A DNA stretch of 64,000 nucleotides, from positions 22,382,001 through 22,446,000 of the forward strand of contig OZ038378.1 in NCBI GenBank assembly GCA_964036045.1, read 5' to 3'. The notes beneath the pieces are model-generated. The model searched no databases and had not been told where the DNA came from. It saw only the letters and a program-made list of their open reading frames with translations. The first letter of the stretch is position 1; every line of letters begins with the position of its first letter. This DNA is from Eutreptiella sp. 'Long Island Sound 2002'. Its lineage: Eukaryota; Protista; Euglenida. The position numbers and the translations under genes were made by a program. Of the stretch, positions 13,239 through 26,444 are shown in pieces.

Positions 13239-13862
13239 GGGCTAGGCCTTCGGACCAGAAGGAGGGTGGGGCCCATGCCTAGGGGCGGTGGCGGCATTCT
13301 GGAGCCGGTTGACTGCGATTTGTGCCACGGAGGCGCTTCACGTAGCAACTCCGCACTCTCATGTCGTAGGCGGGAACTGCGACGGTCCGATTGGCAACCG
13401 TGACGTCACAATGATGGAGTGTGCCGCCATGATCGGCCGTTGTGGCATCGCAATTTGGGCCCTGTAAAGTTGTGCTCGGGGGCTGCGATTCACGACCCCC
13501 TGTGACCCCCTGTGGCGGGTAATATCTTGGGCGTGGGGCGGGGAGTGGGCGCCACAGGTGCAGTGAGATGTGGTACCGCGCCTCCACGCACACCCACGAA
13601 ACCCTCTTTTTCGAAATGGTTCGAGACCCTCAGCACGAAATGATATATCCCAATGGGGATGTTTTTTGTTGGTTTTGGGAGGCAATTTCTCGCCTCCCCT
13701 CGCTCCCCCCGCCCTCCAAAGGCGCACGCCCCGTCCTCACCCCGCGCCACAAACGACCTCATCAACAAAAGCAGGTCATGCAAAAGACATGGCACTGGAC
13801 ACCGGTGTATTTGACAATACCCAACCCGCTTCTCCCCCTCTGCCCCCCTCCCCTGCACTCAG

Positions 13863-14855
13863 TTGCGCCTTTGGGGTATCCTGGTCCCGTGGCTCGCCAA
13901 CAGTGAAGGCCGGGGCAGCACGGCGGAACAGGGGCGTGTCAGAATGACACCGGCGTGGACCGTTACCCTGACCCCAAAATCCTCTTGCGCTTGCTCTCCC
14001 AGTGCCACAGGGCAGTCCCTGCCCCATCCCCAGCCCCCGGCTCCCCCACGCCAGACCCTCCTCTACTCTCAGTCCTGGGCGCCAGTGCCACCGCAGCAGC
14101 GGTGCGCTGTCCACACCGCCGCAGCGCTTCGGTCCGATCTGGGCCCCGACCCAAGCCCCCGTGGCCCTTCAAGGCTGGACCCACGCGCCCTCGGGGCCCT
14201 ATTTGCCTTCGGGGCCGTCGTGGGACCGCTGGTAGACGGGATCCACAACCAGGCCATCCTGGTGTACGAGACCCTCCCGGTGGCCCTGGGCCCGGAAGGG
14301 GGCCCCGGTCTGCGCACCTCCCTCCTCATCCCCCCGCTCCTGGGCGTTGCGTATGCGGTCATCGGTGGCGCGCTGCCGGCCCTGGTCTCCAGCGTCATCC
14401 CCGGCGCCCTGGTCCCGCGTCCGACGCCCTTCCTCCCGCGCGCGCTGGCGCCGCTGCCGCGCGCGGTCGCGGCGGTGCTCAGCACGTGCGCGATCATCAA
14501 ACTCAGCGAGCTTCTGGTGGTGGCCGCGCTCCCGGCGCCGTCCCCGCTGCTGATCCTGTTTGCTGCGGCTGTGGCTCAGTGGTATCTACTGGACGGCCGC
14601 CCCGCGATCCTGGCGCTTGCGCTGGTGGTGGCGATCGGGGGGCCGCTGTGTGAGCTGCCGCTGATGGCGGCGGGGTGCTGGCATTACCTCAGCCCCGACT
14701 ATTGGCCCCTGGCCGCAGTCGGATTTGGGCCCGAGCAGCTGCCAGGCAGTGCATGGGCCGGGCTGTTGTCGCTGACGGCCCCGTGCTATTTCGCGGTGAC
14801 CACTGATGCGGTGGCACTGGGAGACTATTTCGCAAGGCAGGTCGAGGAGGAGTGA
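13863..14855 (+). CDS. INSIG-like multi-pass membrane protein (plant/algal type, probably plastid)
   Basis: LFAFGAVVGPLVDGIH...SLLIPPLLGVAY and GGPLCELPL..GCWHY..PDY motifs with several hydrophobic helices. An in-frame acceptor CTACTCTCAG (ending 14072) precedes SWAPV. Confidence 0.75.
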   Translation: MRLWGILVPWLANSEGRGSTAEQGRVRMTPAWTVTLTPKSSCACSPSATGQSLPHPQPPAPPRQTLLYSQSWAPVPPQQRCAVHTAAALRSDLGPDPSPRGPSRLDPRALGALFAFGAVVGPLVDGIHNQAILVYETLPVALGPEGGPGLRTSLLIPPLLGVAYAVIGGALPALVSSVIPGALVPRPTPFLPRALAPLPRAVAAVLSTCAIIKLSELLVVAALPAPSPLLILFAAAVAQWYLLDGRPAILALALVVAIGGPLCELPLMAAGCWHYLSPDYWPLAAVGFGPEQLPGSAWAGLLSLTAPCYFAVTTDAVALGDYFARQVEEE

Positions 14856-17639
14856 AGGCTGTGGGCAGCACCGTTGTTAAGGAATGAGGCGTTTTTGTTT
14901 TCCACAACGGACTGCCGAAATTTTTGTGTGCTGCGTTGTAGTTAACGGACCCCCGGTTGGTGGCTGACCGACGGCGGATGGGGGCTGTCGGTGTACTGAC
15001 GGTGGATGATGGTCGACCAATGCTGACTGAGCAGTGGGGGGCTGGGCGGTGCTCTGTTGAGGTCCAGGCGCACTGGAGCCTCGCGCCTTTTTCTACGGCG
15101 TTATGGACAGCCTGTGTTCAGGGCAGGATGACGTGTGGGAGTCGCTCTCAGTGAAACGGTCGGCCCTCAGGCCCCTGATCTTACGTCTCTTGACTCGGAA
15201 TGTGAATCGTATGCCGTCTTTCTGAACGTGTGGCGCCCCCCCTCCCTTGCTGCCCACCCACTGTTGAGGCCTGCATGGATCAGCCCCCTTCTTTCAGGTT
15301 GTCAGGTATTCAGGCCCGCGTTGTGCCAGTCATTTGCGATGGCGTTTGGGCCGTTGAAAGCCTGTGGATGTGGTCGCTGCTTTGATGGCGACCATGAACA
15401 CAATGCCCTTGCACAGCTGCGGTATGGTATGCAAGAACGCCGGGGGAGGTTCAACATGAATTGCGGCCCGGCTTCCAGGCTGCCTTCATCGCTGTAATGC
15501 TATAGCCCCCTTTGTTGGGTGCCTCAGCCACTGGTAACTGCTGTCTGCCATCCAGCAGCCACGGTCAAATATGGACGACGCAGGATCTCATGAAAGATTA
15601 CAAAATGGTCAGGGAAGCCGCAGGTTGAACAACCCGACACTTGGTCGGCACTGTCGCCAGAGAGCACCGAACGCTCTCCATAATGAAGCGCTCTCCGTAG
15701 TCAGCCGCAGCGCGGTTCAAGTGTGCACCTGCAGGGGGCCGCCACTAGTGCGGCTAGTGAAAACCCCGGGGTCAAGGGCCATACCGCTACTAGGGTTTGC
15801 AAGTACACCAGTAGCCGCTTGTGTTGGGGTACATCGAATGGGCTGGGGTGCGTCGTGCAGTGCTGGGCTGATCCAAGACGGACCGTGGGACTGTGCTGTT
15901 TGCGTTTCAGTCCTGAGATGGGCCCGTTTCCAGGCCTTTGGAACTTTCTGGGGCCCAAATGGACCGAGCGAGGGGGGCATGGTCTGACAACACCATCATG
16001 CCATCTGGAAGGGCTGTCAGCTGGAATACCACACATGGTATGTGCGGCCGTCCTTCGGAGCTAAGGTGTTGACGGTTGCCTGGAGCAGCCCGGTCCTGCG
16101 GCTGGGGGTCGCCTCCAGGAACTTGAATTGGGATGCAATTTTTTTTTAACTACCGTTGCAGGTACATGCAGCAGCAGCTTCGGGGATAAGCATTGGCGCA
16201 TTTGATGTGCTTATTGCAGGCGTGCACACCTGCCATTCAAAAAGCCTCGGCCACCGCAGAAGGAGGAACAGAAAGTTTTTAACTGCATTTTCTGGTTTGT
16301 TGAAGTTGAAGTTTGCTGGACATTTTCGATGTGCACCAGGATGCAAAGAAGTCTCCTTTTTCCCTGTTAAGCACCACTCGCCATCTGCTTTGCAGACACT
16401 GAAATTATCTGTGAAATGTCCGCCGCTACCAGAAGTGGACTCTTATATATGACCAACATACAATGTGGCTTCTATTGCGGCAGTGCATGCACAGTTGGGT
16501 TGCGGGCCGAATACAAATGAGGTGATTTGTGCCAACATACACGTACACAGCCGCTTAGCCCAGCTTCCCACAGCTGAAGGCCTGTGGTACTTAGCAGTTG
16601 ATTTCATGTGCTCTGATGATTCATCAAATTCTATGGATTAATGGCTGGAAGCGTCTACAGGCAGGGACATCCAGTCTATCAAGACCGACCTAGGTGTCAC
16701 GAACACAGCCACAACCAACATCACACACATCATGGCAAAGGAAATTACGATAGCAACGACTAGAAAAACCACACCAAGCTCAAAACGGTGGTGTGTAAAA
16801 CACAATCGTTCACAGCCTGCAGCGTGCAAGTTTAACCCCAAGAACTTGCCACCTCCTTCAAGGAATCATGCAGCTTTGGCAAATTGCATAGGTGTATCTA
16901 GCAAGAAGTGAGACCCTCCCCCCTCTCATGTGAGCATATTCTCCTGCTCCACACAGGGAAGTAATGGGAGAAGAGTTGGGGACAGCAAAGCTGCATGATG
17001 TATGGGGAATGATCTACTCTCCTCAGTGTGGGAACATTATGCAGTGCCACACTGTTTTTTCTACTCAAGTCAGCAACCATGCACACAAGTATGGACAATA
17101 TGCATGCTGCACCGCGACACCCGGATGGTTGCACTAAGGTAACCCCACTAAAATAAACCTATTGCTACTTGCTGCCATTCATCAAGGCACCACGGAGCTC
17201 ACCCGAAACATATTGGGCACCACAACCCAGAAAAGGAAGTCTACAGACCATTGTCAAAGCAATAAGAAAGGGTGCAAACACAAGGGAGCGTACATACAGG
17301 CCCCTGCAGATGAGGTCAAGGTTTCAACGGAAGATTAGACATTTATTTATTTATCTGACATCCAAAAACAAAGGGTATGCATGTACAAAATTAGAAAAAA
17401 CATTCAATTGGAAGATCAAATTATAGTGCTGCGGTGGATCACGTATCCAGAATCTTCACATGAATCGCTGTAGCTGTTATTTGTGTCCCATTTTCCTGCT
17501 GCACCAAGGTAAATCAATCAGCCATTGGAACGCAGACCAGGTGTTGGACCTCTCTTGGTTTTCCAGAAAATTGCTTTAGAAAGAAAGAAAATTAGAATCA
17601 TTAAGAGGGCAAATGTGGGATTGTTCAAAGTCATCTCCA

Positions 17640-19100
17640 AGCCCATGTGCATGTTGTATGGTGGTACCTTTGCTATGCTCTAGAAGGACAAGGAAGAGCT
17701 GTTGCAGACAATCTCACCATAAATGCCCCCCCCCCTTTTTCTGAACCTCCCAACTGCCCTTCTTGCAAGCCTCTCAAAGGATGGCTATTGGGCTCCAAAA
17801 CGGAACCGGCGAATGCCCAAGCCTTCATCAAGTAAAGGAGTGCAGAGAAGGCCTGTGAACATGGTAGCCTTCAACCATGCATGCGCATATACAAGGAGGC
17901 CTTTTCACCTACCGACCTTGCTAGCCATGACTTTGTGCTCTTTTTTTTGACCAGGCTTGCAAAATTGACTGTGAAGAGTGCCATTCGCGTGCAGGTGGTT
18001 TGTTGAAGCCAACGGGTGCCCAACACTTCCTAACGCACCCCAATCTCGAATTGTGAGTAATAGTGATATGTTGTTTTGGCTCTTTCTGGCTTTATGCTCA
18101 TATCATGCGGCTAAATGTAGAAGAATCCGTGACATTTTGCTTCTGAGCTCTATGGTGCAAAGATGTAGCTCTCTAGGGTACTGTTTTTTCCTTTTCCCTC
18201 GTATTCCCCTGTGTGAGGCATGACATGTGTGAGGCGATGACTTGTGGTTGTTTGTAGTGCAAGTACCAAGGCAAGACGTGCCCCACAACACTTCAATACA
18301 TGCCAACAATCGATGCTTTGGACACGATGGCATTGACACTACTCCGGCGGAGATGTCCGAGTTTTTGAGTGTGGCCAGTGCTAAAGCACCGATGGAGATT
18401 GCTGCGATTCAGAAGTATTGTGCCCATTTTGGTGATTGCCTTCTTGCAGAGTTGAGGGAGGACCTACAGAAGCTAGAGATGCGAGTCCAAATGCGGGGTG
18501 AGTGGGAGAAAGAGATGTGTGACATGGGCAAGCTTGGCAACATGCACTTAGCTCTAGGAACAGATAAGGAGGATGCTGAGCTTTACGAGTTGATGGTGAA
18601 GGACAGGCTTTTTTTATTTGCTTGAATGACAGGAAGCTCCAGAAGCACGACTTGTGCTGACCAGACCTTGCAAGCATTGCCGGTGTCGAGAAGCAATTCT
18701 TTATCTACACCACACACAGGCAAGGTGTTGATTCCACAAACGGCCAGGCTGATGTTGTGGGGATGAAGAACAGGTTGATTGGGCCCCTCAAGGGTTGCAT
18801 GGAAGGGGGTACCACCATGTACGTGCTCCCATTGTGGATGGGAGCCCTCTATTGGCCACTCCAAGAATGTTATCGAGACGACTGCCCTTCATTGTTGGGA
18901 GAAAGGTGTATGGTCCCAAAAGGTCCCACCAGACTCAAGCACTGTTGTATGGTGGCCATGGTGTGCCCTAGGGTCGAGTGCCATGCAACATACTCTCTGC
19001 AGCAGTTCGAAATCCGCCCCTTGCAGCAGAGGTTGATGCCTTTTTTCCAACCCTCATGCTGGTGTGCATTGCTGTGGTGTGATGCACATGTGTCCTGATG
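17640..19100 (+). pseudogene. Decayed multi-exon coding region, unknown family (TE-like)
   Basis: Frames read across stops (LKGWLLGSKTEPANAQAFIK*RSAEKACEH...HDFVLFFDQACKIDCEEC), with a GTGAGT donor near 18054, then ORF 18242..18625 and frameshifted continuations. Confidence 0.35.
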
Positions 19101-22100
19101 CAATACTGCACCTGCTCTTGTTCTGGGTTCATTCAATTGGTCTACATGCAATATTTCTGTTTTTGAGTAGTTGCTCATTTTCTTCTGGCTTTTGCATTTA
19201 ATTGGTGGAGCAGAGTTTTCTTCCTCCCCAAGGAACCACATCCGTGGGTTCTCCAAAACTAGGAATGTTGATGGGTTCCTCAGAGGTTTCACAGGCTGTA
19301 GTCTGCTTCAAACATCAGTCAACACGCACCCGAGCAGTCTGTACTGCATTGAGAGGAGGAAAAGGATGCGTTGGGCTTTCTATGGGCTGGCTCCGGAGAC
19401 ATGTTGCTGGGCCCTTGCTGGTCTCTGTCCCCTTCCCACCCATTGTATTGATCAGGCAGCACTGCTCCAGCTAGGGACCTACGTGTGTTAGTGGATTAGT
19501 GGACGCCACTTGGGCAACATGGGTGCAATCTCATGCCACAGACAACACATGGTCCAAATACTGCACCACTACTGCCAAATACTGCACCACTACCACCGCA
19601 TTATGGTCAATTGAATCTAAACGCCACGCAATGAAGTGCTACACTAGGCCAAGACATTGGTGTCAACCAAATGGGACACAAATGATTGCATAGGGGTAAC
19701 ATAATCATCTCACCTGGCCACAAGCAGGGGCTGGAGAGTGGCCAGGATCCAGAGAATTTTGAAAATCTGCACCCGAAGCCCGGTAGGGGGAGACGCCTGC
19801 ACCTCCTCCTCCTCCCGTGTATGAGGTTGCAATGCGTGATGGTGTGCTAGTCACAGATAGTGATGAGGTTGTGGTGCGCATGACGGTGGTGGTTGAAGTT
19901 GGTGTTGGGTTGGCGCTTGCACTTGAGGATAGTGTTGCAGATAGCATTGCTGATGATGGGCAGGAGATGGCGTTCCCATGGACGTTGAGCTCGACGTCAC
20001 CGTCATGGTGTGGTATGCTGTCGAGGTGGTGCAGAGGGTTGAGCTTGGATTGCTGCTGTGATGATGGCGACGTCAAAAGATGATGCCCTTGGGATGGTAC
20101 AGTATTGTCAGGTAAATGAGAACACTGATGCTGTCTCAATATTACGTGATGCCTCCTCCAAATATGAGAATAGGCTGACTGGCCCAATTAAAGTTGGGTG
20201 GGCCCATACTGGGCACAAGGGTGAAGGCCCTGCTGATTCCAAGCTTGGTGTGGCTAGCAAGGGCACTTGCATCTTTGCCCCACCATTTGGGCATTTTTCA
20301 CACCCTGCGGCTGCTTGTCGGCCTCAGTGTGCCTAGCTCATTGCAGCCCAAAACCAGCCAGGTTGGTCAGGGCCCTCACAGAGTCCCTACACCAGTCCAA
20401 TGCATTTGGTTTGGTTTTGCGAACCTCAGGTTTATGTGGGCAGTAGGTCATTTTTGAGTTTTTCGGCCCAAACCAGAGAGGAAGATTTTTGAACCCCCTT
20501 GGGACCCTGCACCCCCCAGGGGGAGTTGTGGGTATATCTCTCCTAGGGGTATTCAATTACCATTCAGAGCAGCATTTGATGGTGCCGCAGCCTGTACAAT
20601 GACAGGTCAGATTTTGCTCAGTCTGTATTGATGTCTACATATGATGAGCTCTGCTGGAAGCTGGGGTGATTCCAGAGGGTGGCACCCACCATCGACCACA
20701 GACACTCAATGCTTCTCATAGGGTTTCAACACAACAGAATGCAAGCAGCTGTGGTTGATCAAGCACCGTCATTTGCCGTTCAATCAGTCCGTTCGGATCG
20801 AAAGGGTGAGCGGCTTGAATCCTTTGCATTTGGAGCCCTTTCTGCAGGTGCACCCACCATTTACCCGCTATGTACTGCTAAGGTCGACAGGCGTGTGCCC
20901 TGGCTCATGCCTACAGCTGGACGTGGATTACGCTCGCCGAACCTCCCACACCCTTTTGTACAAGCACGACCTTGTCTAAGTTCTGTGGTTGAGATTGTCA
21001 GATCACACAGAATTGAGACCATTGTAGTGGAAATAGGGACTGGGTAATGCATGTAAGAGCTGTTTCTGCTCATAACAACGTTGTAACATGGAGTGCAACC
21101 AAGGTCTCTGATTCAGCTTGGAACCTGCGGTTCAATCCGTGCTGAGTAAGCACGGCCTCATTGAATCAAGTCATCCCCGTGTGACCCTCGTTTCCTTGAC
21201 ATTGGGTTCTTAATCTCTGTGGATTGGGACGAAACATGTGCTCCGCTGCAATGCTCTGCAGAGATGCACCGGTGAGTGTGACACCACTTGTGCGCTCTGC
21301 ACACAGTGCTCAAGCCTCTGTGACAGCTGCCGAAGCTGAGGGAAGGTGGCAGAGCTCCGGAAAGTGGGAGCAACTGACTGGGAAAATGGAGCATGAATTC
21401 CAGTTTCTTGCATGTTCGTCAGGAGGTCCTGAGCATGTATTACATCCCAGAGGCGGGAGGACCGGCGACACCCTTTGACCCTTCGCCGGTTGGGAGCGCC
21501 CCGGGCCGCGCCGGGTGTTGGGCACCTTTATGTCCTTTTTTTTTTTTTGAGGCCTACTTGGACGGCACAATGCGCACACGGGTGTGTGAGGCGGGGGAAG
21601 GGGGGAGGGTTATCATTTGTACCCACCTCGGCACTTTGTTCAATGGGTTGGCGGGGTGCACCAAGATGCCCCCGGTGCATTTTTGGATTTGCCCGCCTAG
21701 GAGGGAAACGAAGTTGACGGTGGGGAGCAAGGGGAGTAGCGGGGTTCGCCCGGTGTTCGTTGCTGCTGGCACGCATCATGTCCATTGCCCTCCCTTTTTT
21801 GGACCGATTGTTGTGCAGTTTTCTCCCACCCTTGAAGCATCTACCCTCCCCCCTCCGGCTCCGCCCCTTCCCCCTCGCAGTTTCTGCTGTGGGGACCTGT
21901 GCCAGAGGCCCTTACTGGACGGCTTTGTCTAACGTGTGAAGACATGCGGGGATGCTCCCACACCGATCCATACAACCAGCACCGCCTGGTAACACGTGAA
22001 CAGCCAATACGTTGGCTCGCTCAACGAAGATAGTCCACAATGTGGAGGATTTACTCCCAAAACCTCGAGCAAGTGTACATACTCGGAAGTACCAACCGGC

Positions 22101-22303
22101 ATTTATATGGAGCCTTTACGGCACCACCACCCAAGTCTCAGTCAAGCCTTACCCCCACTGCAGGCTCCCAGATGGTGCGGGTGGGGTTCTTGGGCATGCA
22201 CCTGCTGAGGGTGGCCTCTGTTTCATATCCCACTCTTTGGATACGCTTCGGATAGACATGGTATGAAGAATGAACAGATTCAGGGTGTGGGACCTGCAGA
22301 AGC

Positions 22304-22348
22304 GAAGGCCCCTTCCCTTCCAATGCATCCCTGCCCCCCCCCCCCCCA
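22304..22348 (-). repeat. Short interspersed repeat end (GGGATGCATTGGAAGGGAAGGGGCC)
   Basis: Reads RDALEGKG. I recall this repeat as abundant in Eutreptiella sequences; not verified. Confidence 0.4.
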
Positions 22349-22472
22349 CTTACAGGTTGCGGACACCTGCATGCATCAATATGCCGTGACAGGCCAGGCT
22401 TGAGCAGTGACCAGTTCTGACCTGATTGCAGTTTGCCTCTCCAGGGCTGTGGGTTGTCCTTTCCCTTCACAG

Positions 22473-22706
22473 TGTGCGCAACGATCCTCACGCACCCGGT
22501 GGACACCCTTGTCGTCCATCGCCAAACCGGCAAGCCGAGGCCCACCAACCTCCGTGGGATGTACCGTGGCGGAGCGATGGCCTGCCTTCAGAATGGACTG
22601 ACTTTCGGGATCCTATTTGGCAGCTACGACTTCTTCCGGGCCCCCAGCGAGCATGGGGGATTGGGAATGGCACTTGTCCCTGGTGCTGCCATGGCGGCCT
22701 TTCCAG
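22473..22706 (+). CDS. Mitochondrial carrier family (SLC25) protein, internal exon
   Basis: THPVDTLVVHRQTG (Px[DE]xx[KR]-like) and RGMYRG...FGSYD. Acceptor TTCACAG ends at 22472 and the phase-1 donor GTGCTC starts at 22707. The first exon was not located. Confidence 0.8.
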
Positions 22707-23728
22707 GTGCTCCCCCTCCCACCTCTCTCATCCCACCTACTGACCAGGAGTTGCCCTTGGGGACTGACAGTGACCGTGGCAGTGACAGTGACAGTGACAG
22801 TGGGGCGATCCCGCTGTGTGCGCACTTTCGACAACGCTGAGCGCGAGGGTGGCCGAGGCTGCAGCACCTCCTGGGGCCCACAGCAGGATGACCACTTCAT
22901 GGCGTGCCCAGAGGCGCCAGCTGTGTTGTTGGGGTAGTTCCTCACAGAGGGGTGCGTCCCTGCATGGGTCCTGAAAATCTGTGTTCCTGCGTAGTCCCTA
23001 CCCTATTGCACTTGCAGCACTGCGTTCATGTCTCTCGGTGTGTACCTCCCCTGTTTTGTAGACACGTCAGAAAACATTCTTGTGCCATTATGTCTGCCAT
23101 GACGCATGTCTGCCACGTTTGCACGGATTGCTGTACAAAACTGTCCATGCACCGCCTGAGAATCTGTGCGCAGTTCGTGCATATTTCGGAACCCCCCGGG
23201 GGGTGGGAGGCGCTTGCCCCAAAAGTCCACGGCGCCGGAGGAAAAAATTTCCCGTACTTATGACGTAGCTGTAGTGGACAGGTCAGGTTGGGGTCCTCGC
23301 GCATAGTCCCCCTGGGGAGTGGAGGGTGTTGGTGACCGTTCCTCCCGGAGGTGGGGGGGGGGGGGCTTCGCGCGTGCTGGGTGGACTGTTTGGGAGGGGG
23401 GGGGGGGCGACAGCTGAGAGGCAAGCATCAGCGGTCGTACAGGGGGGGGGGGGATTTCGCGACGGGAATATTTCGCTGTGGGAAATTTCGTATTTCAAAT
23501 GTGTGCGAAATTTCCCGCTCAATTTTCAGGCCACTGTGCGAAATAAACCCGGCGCGAAATTTAGCCGCGATGCTTGATCTAGAATCATTTGAAATGCGAA
23601 AAGGACTAGTTGCCGCACAAAACAGAGAGGAACTTTGGGCACGAAATGCCAGTACTTGTCTGCCAGGAGGATGTGGTGCAATGTATGGCTCAAACAGTCA
23701 AAAAAAGCGCCAGAAAAAGCGAACAAAA

Positions 23729-23797
23729 CCCTCCGGGAATCGAACCCACGCCCTTTTGAACATCAGTGTAGGTGCATACCACTAAGGTAGGACAGGC
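23729..23797 (-). pseudogene. Degenerate tRNA-like sequence or tRNA-derived SINE head
   Basis: Minus strand has the A-box-like TAGTGGTA and B-box GGGTTCGATTCCCGG. Acceptor and anticodon stems do not pair well. Confidence 0.5.
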
Positions 23798-25070
23798 CTC
23801 TGCTCACATTGTGTTTATGGGCAGCATACACTCCAGATAGCCTTCCAAAAAAAAAGGAACATACTTTGGATTTGGGGTCACTTTGCAAAGCCCTGGTGAT
23901 GGGGTTTTTTACCAAAGATGGTCCGCCCGGTACAGTGGCCTGTACAGTGAACAATCCTGGAAGGTGCGAAATTTCCCGCTCAATTTTCATGCCACTGTGC
24001 GAAATAATCCCGGCGCGAAATTTTCTCATGCGAAAAATTCCCGGTGCAAAAAATTTCCCCCCCTGTAGGCAAGGTAGACACTTGCGAACCACTGGACTAC
24101 AGCCCAAGTCACGGCACACAACCCGCAGACCATCTCTAACCCCCCCCCCCCCCCGGGGGCCACCGGAAAAAAATTTGCGCCATTTTTTTGCGTACCCCCC
24201 CCCCCCCTCCGGGGGCAGCCCCCGAAAAAAAAATGAAACGCACTTGTTGGCTTTTTTATTCGCAAGCACGACCCTTGCTGTGCATTTGCATGTGCGTGAA
24301 TTTGCATGTGAACATTACAATGTTGCATTGTACAAAATTTGCACTTGAACTCCACTTCAGTTAAGAGTAGTCACTTGTGCATTTGCAAGTGTGGGGTTCT
24401 AGGGGCAAGAGGAAGAGGGCAATTAGCGAGGTAGTGCAAGGAGAAGGACACAACGGAAACGGTGAGAGGTAGAAGGTCAACGCAAGAATCATTATGTAGG
24501 ACAGTCAAGTCAAGAGTCCCTTTATCTCCATTTATACATTTTTGTTGCTCCCACTTCTCACATACTTTTTGCATGTCGTCAGCGATCAACATTGCATGGG
24601 ACAAGCGGGTCGCCCATGGGTGGACATGTCCCTGCGGAGAGCGGTTATCAATTATGGCCGCCCCAGACACCAGCCCTATGAGTTACATTGCAAGGGCAAG
24701 AAGCACCGCGCAGGCATTGCCCCCCTGCAAAGGGACATCAAACTTCAATGATGAGGTTTTTTAGTCAATCCTCCCAAGGGTCACAGCCATCGCAGCACGA
24801 ATCGTCAGCTGCATCGCAACCATCTAATGACCCCAGTGGCCCACACGGTGGTGCTTCCATTGAACCGCTGGTTGAACTCCCGGTCTCGTGTCCTATTCCG
24901 ACCAAGTGTATGGGTGTTCTGCCATTGGGGGTATCAAGTGCTCTCGTTCTTCGCGGGTGCTATCCCCTGTTGCGCCACGCCCACGAGAAGGTCCACCGGT
25001 TCTATGTTGATGGGGTTGGTTGATTCTCACGTGACCCTCCGTGTACCCGTGAGGCTCGGGTTGATGAATC

Positions 25071-26444
25071 ATGCATGCCCCTCTCGTAGCGTTGCGCCCG
25101 TATGTTGGAATGCAACCCACGCCTGCAGTGCCCACCATGAAAGAAGGCCAACATGAGTGCCGGTATTGCCATATGTCCGTGAAAGGAAAGGACTTGATCC
25201 GACATATGGCATTTCATATTGGCCGAGGTGAGGCGAAGGGGCCATGTCCTCCATGCCTCTTTTGTGGACACACGGATGGTGCATGCCGTCTCCACATGCA
25301 AAAGGCTAAAACGGCTGACGCATGCTGGCAACCTGTCCCACGATCATGTGCCCATCATTGCTTCCGAAAAGCTAGTATGGTAGCCTTGGCAAAGCAAGTT
25401 GTGCATAATGAGCCCATCCAATGTGTTGTTCCCGGGTGCGGCCGTTGGCAATACAGGTACAATATGCCTGGTCACCTTCTGGTGGATGACACGCATAAGG
25501 ATTTCCTCTTCACAGAGGAGCATCGGCCGCTTTGGGAGGTCTCCGAGGTGGAGAGGGCCATCTTGGATCAAGGAATGACTGCCTGGCAGAAGGACTTAGC
25601 CGCACAGAAGAAGGAACACGAGAAGACGCGCGTAAAAGGGAAAGTCCAGAAATTGAAAGGCGAAACCCAACTACAACAGGAAATCCTCGCCAATGCGGAT
25701 CAGGTGGAGGAGGAAGGAGCAACGGCAAAGGCCCTGAGAGCAGGGGACAAAGTAGCAGCTGCAGTTATGAAGGAACAGGAGTAGCATGATGATGACTATG
25801 ACCCGAACGAGGAGCACGAGGATAACACTAGTCAGAGCAACACCGGCAACAGCAACAGTAGTAGCAGCGGCAGCAGCAGCAGCAGCAGTAGCAGCAGCAG
25901 CACAACCAATACTAGTAGTAGTAGCACGGACGAGAAGAAGAAGAAGAAAAGGAACAACAAGAAGAAGTTGAAAAGCAGTAGCCAAAGGCAACACAAGGCA
26001 AAAGCGACCCGCAGCTTCCCAAGGTGGGAGGCCCAAAAAGCAGCAACCACCTGCAGTGATGGGGTGACCGCATGGTGCCACTCGAAACACGAAACGACTC
26101 GAAACGGCCTCACGGGACCCGGCACCCCGTTGGGCAGGCGAAACGATGGCAAGCCTTTCGAGGTCAGTAGGACGCGTGGCTACGGTGAGGGTGGATCCGG
26201 ATGGCAATGTGCGCACGGTGCAGGAATATTGTCGCGGTTCGTGATGCGTGATTTGCAAGAAATTAGACCGTGTAACTTTTTTTTTCTGCGTTGTGCGTGC
26301 AAGCGCTGCGTAGTGCGACAATGTGCAACATCCACATACACACATACATACCATCACACTAACACACAAACCGTAGTCCCACTGAGAACCACCCTTCTTT
26401 GGCAAGCAAATGTGGCACAACGGTCATCAACCAGCATGCTTTGA
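25071..26444 (+). pseudogene. Cys/His-rich zinc-finger protein of TE-associated type, with one in-frame TAG at 25782
   Basis: CRYC...HMAFHIG, PCLFCG...C, NEPIQCVVPGC..WQYRYNMPGH, followed by a coiled coil. The frame continues past TAG (KEQE*HDDDYD) into ORF 25968..26444. It lies inside the carrier intron. Confidence 0.55.

Noticed and set aside
16638-17700. Hydrophobic minus-strand segments (e.g. 16638..16841) as exons of a membrane protein
   Set aside because: No family motif and no consistent splice path could be built.
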